IMG/VR virus record: IMGVR_UViG_3300020043_004612
Coordinates: 1-26,501 of that record
From: a virus
Taxonomy: Duplodnaviria > Caudoviricetes
Direction: 5' to 3' (one strand)
DNA: 26,501 nucleotides
The notes beneath the pieces were generated by a model. The model had not been told where the DNA came from and ran no database searches. It saw nothing but the letters and a program-made list of their open reading frames with translations. The translations under genes and the position numbers were made by a program. Shown one piece after another: positions 15,723-22,391 of this stretch (positions are counted from its first letter, which is position 1; every line of letters starts with the position of its first letter).

Positions 15723-16143
15723 TGAGTACAAAAGACGACTTGAAATTTGTCGCACCTGTAAATTCTTCGAAGCATCAACGCAGTCTTGCGGTCCATTGAT
15801 CGTTGGCGACGAAGTAGAAACCGAAGTCCTATTCAGAAAGAAGTCAATCAAACTTTGTGGGTGTGTTATGCCCATTAAAGCGAAGTTAGCCTTCGCGCAA
15901 TGTCCAGCGTCTAAATGGTCGGGTGTGTTGTCTCTTGACGAACAAATAGAGTTTAAACGTTTCTTGCTCGATATGAAGGCACAGGGCAAGTTGGAAGACA
16001 AAGACTTGATGAAGTTCTATTCGTTTAAGGATAAAGCCACAGGAGCGTTTAACGAGCGTTCAACCTGTTCACCTTGCGTGCGCAAAGACATCAATATGTT
16101 TTTGGATTCAATGAAGGATGTCAACGTTGATTTGAACAATTAG
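15703..16143 (+). CDS. Cysteine-rich putative metal-binding protein
   Basis: RLEICRTC, SCG, LCGC.MP.K.KL..A.CP..KW and a C-terminal CSPC. ATG 15703 preferred over 15673. Confidence 0.7.
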   Translation: MLFAKSNEYKRRLEICRTCKFFEASTQSCGPLIVGDEVETEVLFRKKSIKLCGCVMPIKAKLAFAQCPASKWSGVLSLDEQIEFKRFLLDMKAQGKLEDKDLMKFYSFKDKATGAFNERSTCSPCVRKDINMFLDSMKDVNVDLNN

Positions 16144-16183
16144 AAACTTAAAACTTATAAGGCAACCTTTGACAATACGAACG

Positions 16184-16191
16184 TATATTTG
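16184..16191 (+). promoter_or_regulatory. Bacteroidota -7 promoter element
   Basis: TATATTTG in an intergenic region just before a structured leader; no TTG at canonical spacing (TTTG lies 12 nt upstream). Confidence 0.55.
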
Positions 16192-16266
16192 TATAGTCAA
16201 GTGTATTTAGCATTGCCCCCTTTTGTTTACGCTTGACGGCTATAAACAATTGGGGGTATATTTTTT
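16192..16266 (+). ncRNA. Candidate structured leader or small RNA: terminator hairpin whose loop pairs with the transcript 5' end
   Basis: TGCCCCC-tt-TTGTTTA / TAAACAA-tt-GGGGGTA plus T6; GTCAAGTGTA (16196-16205) is complementary to TACGCTTGAC (16228-16237). Confidence 0.55.
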
Positions 16267-16518
16267 AATGTAAATGAAACAAACTGGATAAGAACACAAA
16301 CAGCCTTCGTAAGTCAAAGCGAAGTAACCAATGACTACACTTGCAATAAACCAATGCTTGGATCGAGCAACTGCCCTTTTAAGGGCGAGAGTAATCTTTT
16401 TGTGGGGGGAGCTTTTTCTTTTGTTCTTTCTTTATAGTGCTTACACGTTTTCTTTGTTCTTTTCTTTTCTTTGCATATTTAGTGACCTTCTAATAAATTT
16501 AATGACATATAAAAACTT

Positions 16519-16731
16519 ATGATACCACAAGAAAAAGCAAAAGAGTTGTTAAATAAGTATTGGATATACTTAAGAGCTAATTTACTTTATGATGAAGAAG
16601 CAAAAGAAGACGCAAAACAATGCGCTTTAATTGCAGTAGATGAGATAATTAATAGTGTAGATAATGAACACGTTTCTGATATATTTAATGATTATTGGAT
16701 AGATGTAAAAGAAGAAATAGAAAAGCTATGA
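16519..16731 (+). CDS. Hypothetical phage protein
   Basis: P.EKAKEL..KY, AKQCALIAVDEII, YW..VK.EIEKL: a pattern widespread in Bacteroidota phages. Confidence 0.75.
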   Translation: MIPQEKAKELLNKYWIYLRANLLYDEEAKEDAKQCALIAVDEIINSVDNEHVSDIFNDYWIDVKEEIEKL

Positions 16732-17081
16732 TAATCATACCAGCTCAACTCGAAGCAGTAACAACACGAAAGGACAAAACGCTCAAACTAACATTTGGAA
16801 CGAATGAGTTAAGTCCTGCTCAAGCGTCCGAACTATTTACAATAGCAAATCAATTCGGTTATCTTGCTTTCAAAGACGAAGATTTTAAACGCGAAGAGTT
16901 AGACGCAGTAGAAAGTCTCAAGAGTGAGTTAGAAGATACGTTAAAGAAGCCTTCACAACGATTGAGGGGTGTTCTATTCAGACTATTCGAACAAGACAAC
17001 GACGGGTTTAAAACATTCTCGAAATACTACGATTCTAAAATGGAGCAACTTATTAACCATTACAAGAGTAAATTGGGTTAA
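16728..17081 (+). CDS. NinB-like or conserved phage protein
   Basis: TRKDKTLKLTFGT.EL, K.PSQRLR.VL, F..YY...ME.LI; ATGA-coupled start at 16728. Confidence 0.6.
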   Translation: MIIIPAQLEAVTTRKDKTLKLTFGTNELSPAQASELFTIANQFGYLAFKDEDFKREELDAVESLKSELEDTLKKPSQRLRGVLFRLFEQDNDGFKTFSKYYDSKMEQLINHYKSKLG

Positions 17082-17084
17082 TTG

Positions 17085-17116
17085 TTACCTTCGAAAAGTA
17101 AACGAGGGTAGTTTTT
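17085..17116 (+). terminator. Intrinsic terminator upstream of terS
   Basis: TTACCTTCG / CGAGGGTAG stem followed by TTTTT. Confidence 0.6.
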
Positions 17117-17129
17117 ATATTTACATTGT

Positions 17130-17552
17130 ATGAGCAAGGAAGAAAAGAAAGAAACCAAACCACAAAACGCAACACTAAAAAAGACTGCTATGCTAAAGGC
17201 TCTCGAAAGCACTTTGGGCGTGGTAACTTCTGCGTGTGAGATTGTAGGCATAGACAGAACAACACACTATCGTTGGTTGCAAGAAGACGAAGACTACAAA
17301 GCGAAGGTTGAATCATTGTCAGACCTTGCTGTTGACTTCGCAGAAAGTCAGTTATTTGAATTGATTAAGGGAGCGCATCGCGAGGTGTCAACACCAGACG
17401 GTGAAGTAATCCGCATTCAAGACGCACCCAACACAAGTGCAACGATTTTCTATTTGAAGACACGAGGAAAGAAACGAGGGTACGTTGAGCGAAATGAAAT
17501 TGCAGGTGTGAACGATGCTCCGATACAAATAATAATAAACGATAAATTATGA
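17130..17552 (+). CDS. terS: Terminase small subunit
   Basis: HTH LGVVTSACEIVGIDRTTHYRW, helical D.AES.L..LI, ATIFYLKTRGKKRGY.ER.E and a C-terminal beta strand. Confidence 0.8.
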   Translation: MSKEEKKETKPQNATLKKTAMLKALESTLGVVTSACEIVGIDRTTHYRWLQEDEDYKAKVESLSDLAVDFAESQLFELIKGAHREVSTPDGEVIRIQDAPNTSATIFYLKTRGKKRGYVERNEIAGVNDAPIQIIINDKL

Positions 17553-17701
17553 GATTGATAGAAAAAATTAGTGTTGGATTATTTTACTTTGCTTTATTAT
17601 ATGCTTTTCATTTAGCAGTTGGTTTTGAACATTGTGTAATTTTAGGAATGGCATTAATTATATCTAATCAAATTAATGAGCAAAGCAACACTAACCTTTG
17701 A
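17549..17701 (+). CDS. Small 2-TM membrane protein, 50 aa (not in the ORF track)
   Basis: MRLIEKISVGLFYFALLYAFHLAVGFEHCVILGMALIISNQINEQSNTNL; ATGA-coupled to terS; AT-rich. Confidence 0.6.
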   Translation: MRLIEKISVGLFYFALLYAFHLAVGFEHCVILGMALIISNQINEQSNTNL

Positions 17702-17921
17702 CCTTTCCGATTCCAACGATCGTGTTGAGTTCAACAGAATCACGAAGGCGCGTGACATGGCTATGTTACTTTGGGAAATTGAAATGAACGGTTACCGCAA
17801 GTTTACCAAATACAACGACAGGCAAGAAGGAGCGTATCAAGAAGGAATCGAAGAAGTGTTTGAATACTTTCGAGCGTTACTCAGTCATCACGAAATAGAT
17901 ATTGAACAATTAATAGTATAA
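17676..17921 (+). CDS. Hypothetical phage protein
   Basis: KATL.FDL..D..EF....KA.DMA..LWEI pattern. Confidence 0.7.
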   Translation: MSKATLTFDLSDSNDRVEFNRITKARDMAMLLWEIEMNGYRKFTKYNDRQEGAYQEGIEEVFEYFRALLSHHEIDIEQLIV

Positions 17922-17973
17922 CGTACCCGAAAGGAATCAGAATATACATTTACAAAATAGAAAAAAAGTCAAT

Positions 17974-18129
17974 ATGAGCGACAACAAATTAAACTTCTTA
18001 AAGTCTCAAATAGGAGCGTTTCATCCAGAGTGGACGAAGGAACAAATCGAGATGGAAGCAATACGCATATACAACGAAGCGAACACCATTGACGACGACG
18101 ACGAGGGTTGTCTTTATTGCGGATCATAG
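17974..18129 (+). CDS. 51-aa protein ending in DDDDEGCLYCGS, resembling the NrdA C-terminal redox tail (not in the ORF track)
   Basis: MSDNKLNFLKSQIGAFHPEWTKEQIEMEAIRIYNEANTIDDDDEGCLYCGS; A-rich leader; same strand as neighbours. Confidence 0.75.
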   Translation: MSDNKLNFLKSQIGAFHPEWTKEQIEMEAIRIYNEANTIDDDDEGCLYCGS

Positions 18130-18131
18130 TA

Positions 18132-18299
18132 CCTAATGCGCTACCCACAAGAACAGCGTCCCAGATTAGGGCATTTATTGTACCTACCTCTTGTTTCAAA
18201 GTAGAGTGCGTTGGACAGGGCGACCGACTGATTCCAACTAGCTGTGTTAGGTAGTAACTGCAACCGCTAACACAAAACACCAAGCTAAAGTCGGGTGTT
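18132..18299 (+). ncRNA. Candidate structured ncRNA: five tandem hairpins with a kissing loop
   Basis: Stems 18132-18170, 18171-18209, 18210-18238, 18243-18274, 18276-18299; loops ACAAGA and TCTTGT are complementary; several stem mismatches are G-U on the + strand. Confidence 0.6.
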
Positions 18300-18306
18300 A
18301 AATTTG
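18299..18306 (+). promoter_or_regulatory. Possible -7 element upstream of the tail operon
   Basis: TAAATTTG matches TAnnTTTG, 15 nt before ATG 18322; no -33 TTG. Confidence 0.3.
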
Positions 18307-18321
18307 AATAAATACGAATAA

Positions 18322-18906
18322 ATGAGTATAAAAGTTTCCATACCTGCCGACTACGCGAGTATCTCGCTGAAGCAGTACAAAGAGTTCAAGACAGCAAAGT
18401 CAGACGCTGACAAGTTGGTTGCGGTGTCTAACCTGTCAAAAGAAGACGTGCAGAAAGTACCAATGCAACACGTTCCTACCTTACTCGCTGCGTTCGACGA
18501 CACGTTGTTAAACGAGAGCGCAAAGTTCTTTGAGACGATTACTGTCAAGGATACTGACTTCGGGTTTATTCCTAACCTGTACGAAATCTCACTTGGCGAA
18601 CACGCAGACATCTCAACGTGGGCGGCAAACGTCGAAGAAAACATTGTGAAGATTATGAGCGTATTGTATCGTCCTATCGTTAAGCGCGTTGGTTCAAAGT
18701 ATCTCATCGAAGAGTACAACAGCACAAAAAGAGCAATGAGTGAGGAGTTAGTCGAGCAGATGACACTCGAACAATTTAATGGTGCGATGCTTTTTTTTTC
18801 GACTTTGCTCAACGAACTAAACAACACTTCGCTCGATTATTTGGAGACAGAGGTGAAGAAGTTGACGGAGGAATTGATGGAGCAATTGAAGACAGAGACA
18901 ACCTAA
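18322..18906 (+). CDS. Tail assembly chaperone (gpG-like, 0-frame product)
   Basis: FGFIPNL.EISLGE.ADI, IMSVLYRPI, GAMLFF; carries a T9 slippery site. Confidence 0.7.
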   Translation: MSIKVSIPADYASISLKQYKEFKTAKSDADKLVAVSNLSKEDVQKVPMQHVPTLLAAFDDTLLNESAKFFETITVKDTDFGFIPNLYEISLGEHADISTWAANVEENIVKIMSVLYRPIVKRVGSKYLIEEYNSTKRAMSEELVEQMTLEQFNGAMLFFSTLLNELNNTSLDYLETEVKKLTEELMEQLKTETT

Positions 18907-19082
18907 ATCAAGTGTTGGGACGATACGGTTGGTATCATCTTTTTATGGAAGCGTGCGGACGTGACATAACAAAATTAGATTTAATTACGGAAAAATCCGC
19001 GTGGAGTATATTTACATTTCTGACTTACCTAATAGACTACAATTATGTCGAACGTACAAAGCTACAACGCGCTTATAGATAG
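18798..19082 (+). CDS. -1 frame extension of the tail chaperone (gpGT-like)
   Basis: Open -1 frame after T TTT TTT: FDFAQRTKQHFARLFG...LGRYGWYHLFMEACGRDITKLDLITEKSAWSIFTFLTYLIDYNYVERTKLQRAYR, stop 19080-19082. Confidence 0.75.
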   Translation, partial: FDFAQRTKQHFARLFGDRGEEVDGGIDGAIEDRDNLNQVLGRYGWYHLFMEACGRDITKLDLITEKSAWSIFTFLTYLIDYNYVERTKLQRAYR

Positions 19083-21384
19083 ATTCAAAGCCTTCGCGGC
19101 TGGACATTTTATATTAAAGAGATTTTCACACGGACAAATCGAAGTTTCTGACTTAGAGAAGTTTGGTGAATATCCCTTTATGCACGTCATCCCTTCCAAC
19201 GTGACTTATTCACAGGGGATGAAGACGTTCAGTTTTCAGATTGTCCTTGCTGACTTACCACGCGACAAAGAAGATAAGAGCGAATACCAACGCGAAGTTC
19301 TTTCTGACCTTCAGAGAATTGCAGAAGATTTAATTGCTGAGATTACTAACCACCGCGTTTTGTTCGGTGATTTGATTACAGTTCAAAATGTAAGTCTTGA
19401 ACCATTCCTTGAAGAATTTCAGCATACTCTTACCGGTTGGACGATTAGTTTAGACCTTCTCGTTCCTTACTATTGGGACGCGTGTTCTATTCCTGCGGAA
19501 TGGAACGATATGTTTGAATCTTCAACAGGTGGCACAGGATCAATTTTAACGTTCACCGATTCGATAACACGCGACGAGAACGGATTCGTTCGACTTGTCA
19601 ATGACGAAGCAGAACCTGCTCCGAACTATTACTACGGAACGAACGACGAAGGGGTGCGCGGTTGGTACTTGTTGACTGACGAAGTAGGTCTTACTTGCGT
19701 AACGCTTCCTTCTTGCCAGACAATTATCGACATCGAAGCAGCCATTGATTTGTTGCAGACGGACGTCACCGATTTACAAGGCGATGTTTCTTCTTTGGAG
19801 ACAAACAAAGTACCATACACAGGCGCGACAGGCAACGTAGATTTAGGCGAATACGAGTTAAAGGCAGGGCAATTGTCTTTAGACACATCTCCAACAGGAA
19901 CGGCAGCGGTTGGAACAACGAGATGGAACGATAGTATTGGTAGTTCAGAGACTACTTTAAAAGGGGGGTCTGTTATCTTAAAGAATGGGGTTGACTTGGT
20001 CGCTCGCGTAGTGAACAAAGTAACACCAAGCACAACGCTTACGAAGGCTGCTTATCAAGCGGTAAGAATCAGCGGTGCGCAAGGTCAGCGTTTAGCGGTA
20101 GCACTTGCACAAGCGAACAACGATACGAATAGCGCAGATACCATTGGTGTAGTTACTGAGACCATCGCAACGAATCAAGAAGGCTTTATAATGACTGTTG
20201 GAAATCTTGAGGAGATTAATACTACGGGAAGTCTGCAAGGTGAAACGTGGGCAGATGGAGATGTGCTTTATTTGTCTCCAACAACGGCAGGAGCAATTAC
20301 CAATGTCAAGCCAACAGGCGCAACAGGACACATTGTTGTTATAGGATACGTTGAATACGCTCATGCTATTCACGGAAAGATATACGTTAAGGTGATGAAT
20401 GGGTGGGAACTTGACGAATTGCACAACGTGTATATCAGTTCACCTGCGAATAACGAAGTGTTGACTTACGAAAGTTCAACAAGCCTTTGGAAAAACAAGA
20501 CGGTTGCAACGGCTTTAGGTTACACACCAGTACCCGAAACGCGAACGCTCACGATTAACGGCACAACGCAAGACTTATCAGCTAACATAACATTCACGAT
20601 AGCAAGCAATCCAGGCACAGTTACGAGCGTAGCAGCGTTAACTTTAGGCACAACAGGAACTGATTTAAGTAGCACCGTTGCAAATAGTACAAGCACTCCT
20701 GTAATAACGCTTAACGTACCTACTGCAAGCGCAACGAACAGAGGTGTTTTGAGTTCAACAGATTGGTCTATGTTTAACGCAAAGCAAGCAGCTTTAGTTA
20801 GCGGAACGAATATCAAGACTATCAATGGTAATTCACTTTTAGGTAGCGGAGATTTAACGATAAGTGGTTCAAACATATACAACGCAGACGGAAGTTTAAC
20901 AGCGGCAAGAACCTTAACATTAAACACATTTGCATTAACTATTGCAGGTACAAGTTCTTCACGCTTCTTTGCGAATGGTAACGTAGGCATCGGCACAACA
21001 ACAGACGCAGGCTTTAAGCTCGATGTGAATGGAACGGCGAGGGTGAGTGGGGCTTTCTCAGTAGAAGGACCAAACTCCGCTTTTATCCAATCAAACAATG
21101 CTCTTTATGGACTTCGTTTAGAATTTCAGGGAGGTAGGCTGTACATAAATAGCTCAGAGGTTGCTATCAATGGAAGACCTTTTTATGTGGGTGGAGCAAA
21201 TGCAAATACAAGTGCTATTATGCAAGCAGATAGCACAACAAAAGGCTTCTTACCCCCACGAATGACAACAACGCAAAAGAATGCTATCGCTTCACCTGCG
21301 GCAGGGTTGGTAGTTTACGATACTACTTTGGGTAAACTTTGCGTTCGTGGCGCATCAGCGTGGGAAACAATAACATCAGTATAA
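19045..21384 (+). CDS. Tail terminator/completion-like domain fused to fibre-like domains
   Basis: First ~150 aa resemble tail completion proteins (YP.MHV.P, EPF.E.F...LTGW...L.VP...CSIP). The rest has Thr/Gly-rich fibre motifs (ELDELHNV.I, LVSGTNIKTING.SLLG.G, GNVGIGTT, GFLPPRMTT.Q.NAI..PA.GL.VYDT). Confidence 0.7.
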   Translation: MSNVQSYNALIDRFKAFAAGHFILKRFSHGQIEVSDLEKFGEYPFMHVIPSNVTYSQGMKTFSFQIVLADLPRDKEDKSEYQREVLSDLQRIAEDLIAEITNHRVLFGDLITVQNVSLEPFLEEFQHTLTGWTISLDLLVPYYWDACSIPAEWNDMFESSTGGTGSILTFTDSITRDENGFVRLVNDEAEPAPNYYYGTNDEGVRGWYLLTDEVGLTCVTLPSCQTIIDIEAAIDLLQTDVTDLQGDVSSLETNKVPYTGATGNVDLGEYELKAGQLSLDTSPTGTAAVGTTRWNDSIGSSETTLKGGSVILKNGVDLVARVVNKVTPSTTLTKAAYQAVRISGAQGQRLAVALAQANNDTNSADTIGVVTETIATNQEGFIMTVGNLEEINTTGSLQGETWADGDVLYLSPTTAGAITNVKPTGATGHIVVIGYVEYAHAIHGKIYVKVMNGWELDELHNVYISSPANNEVLTYESSTSLWKNKTVATALGYTPVPETRTLTINGTTQDLSANITFTIASNPGTVTSVAALTLGTTGTDLSSTVANSTSTPVITLNVPTASATNRGVLSSTDWSMFNAKQAALVSGTNIKTINGNSLLGSGDLTISGSNIYNADGSLTAARTLTLNTFALTIAGTSSSRFFANGNVGIGTTTDAGFKLDVNGTARVSGAFSVEGPNSAFIQSNNALYGLRLEFQGGRLYINSSEVAINGRPFYVGGANANTSAIMQADSTTKGFLPPRMTTTQKNAIASPAAGLVVYDTTLGKLCVRGASAWETITSV

Positions 21385-21395
21385 CATTATAAACA

Positions 21396-21665
21396 ATGGC
21401 TAAAATACAACCAATAGTCTTTCCTTTAAATCAAGGGACAGCAACAGAAATGAGTGTTCTCATTCTCAACTTCGAAACAAGCGCAACTACTTGCACTACT
21501 TATTATGAACTAAAATCAGAGGCTACTGAGGAAGTGCCTTCGAAGGTTTTAAGTAATGGTAACTACACATTGACCGAACAAGAGTTCGCAGCGTGGGGTG
21601 AAGACAATGCGTGGGTGGAGCAATGTGTGGCAAACGCAATAGGTGTTACAATTTTATCTTTCTAA
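21396..21665 (+). CDS. Fibre-associated small protein (possible assembly chaperone)
   Basis: 89 aa directly after the fibre gene; YYEL, GN..L...EF..WG motif. Confidence 0.55.
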   Translation: MAKIQPIVFPLNQGTATEMSVLILNFETSATTCTTYYELKSEATEEVPSKVLSNGNYTLTEQEFAAWGEDNAWVEQCVANAIGVTILSF

Positions 21666-21667
21666 AT

Positions 21668-21796
21668 ATGAACTTAACAGAGGAACACTTAAAGCAGTTA
21701 GACGCTTTTATCCAGGAGATGCCTGTCAAATTTGGCTTACCACTAATCCAATTCTTCAACAAGATTAAAGAGGAACAAGAGAAGGACAATGGCTAA
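21668..21796 (+). CDS. Small hypothetical protein, 42 aa
   Basis: MNLTEEHLKQLDAFIQEMPVKFGLPLIQFFNKIKEEQEKDNG; ATG 21668 preferred. Confidence 0.65.
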   Translation: MNLTEEHLKQLDAFIQEMPVKFGLPLIQFFNKIKEEQEKDNG

Positions 21797-22391
21797 CGAA
21801 CAGAGCGCACCAAATTTCTTCGCTGTCGTGAACGACATGGCTAAACGCTTTGTCGAGTTGATGCAGTCTGACTATCGTATGAAGCGAAAGGTAGGACGCA
21901 ACTTTACGAACGCGGTGGCAAGTGGTACGCTCGAAAAGTCTTTGAAATACAGACTGCAAATCAAAGGTCAAAACATCAACGTTTCAGTCTACGCGAAAGG
22001 TAAGGCTTCGAAGTATTTCTTGTTCAGAGAAAACGGTGTGAATGGAACGCAGAAGTCACAAGGTGCGCCCTACTCGTTCAAACGTGGCTCTGGAAGCAAA
22101 CCTGCAAAGGGACAAATGTCACCAATGCAAAAGGCTATCTACGATTGGATGACAATAAAAGGTATTCGCCTTCGTCAAAAAAGCGGTAAGTTCAAGAAGA
22201 CGACAGAACAACTGAAAATGGAAGTGGCGAAACTGATTATGTTCAAAGTTCGTCGCGACGGAATAAAGGGGTGGAAAGCATTTGACTACGCATACGAAAA
22301 CATTTGGGACGAATACGAAGCAAAGGTAGTAGCAGCATACGCGAAAGACTTTGAAGCAACAATAGAGAATCAATTAAACGACATACAATAA
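21789..22391 (+). CDS. Putative neck/tail completion protein (HK97 gp10-like, basic)
   Basis: ASG.L.KSL.Y, Y......GV.G, I.DW...KGI, basic composition. Confidence 0.6.
   Translation: MANEQSAPNFFAVVNDMAKRFVELMQSDYRMKRKVGRNFTNAVASGTLEKSLKYRLQIKGQNINVSVYAKGKASKYFLFRENGVNGTQKSQGAPYSFKRGSGSKPAKGQMSPMQKAIYDWMTIKGIRLRQKSGKFKKTTEQLKMEVAKLIMFKVRRDGIKGWKAFDYAYENIWDEYEAKVVAAYAKDFEATIENQLNDIQ

Noticed and set aside
16331-16522. 63-aa Phe/Leu-rich ORF in the track
   Set aside because: Its hydrophobicity is a by-product of the T-rich tract, and it overlaps hairpins and the G-run; better explained as non-coding.
17116-17123. TAnnTTTA variants (17116, 17945, 16494) as a late promoter consensus for the phage sigma factor
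   Set aside because: Too short and AT-rich to distinguish from background without TSS data.
18226-18236. CTGAT as a hammerhead core, or the region as a tRNA
   Set aside because: No CUGANGA/GAAA pair and no cloverleaf with a T-loop consensus.
17969-18283. 104-aa minus-strand ORF in the track
   Set aside because: Antisense to the 51-aa gene and the structured RNA inside a plus-strand operon; composition is not protein-like.
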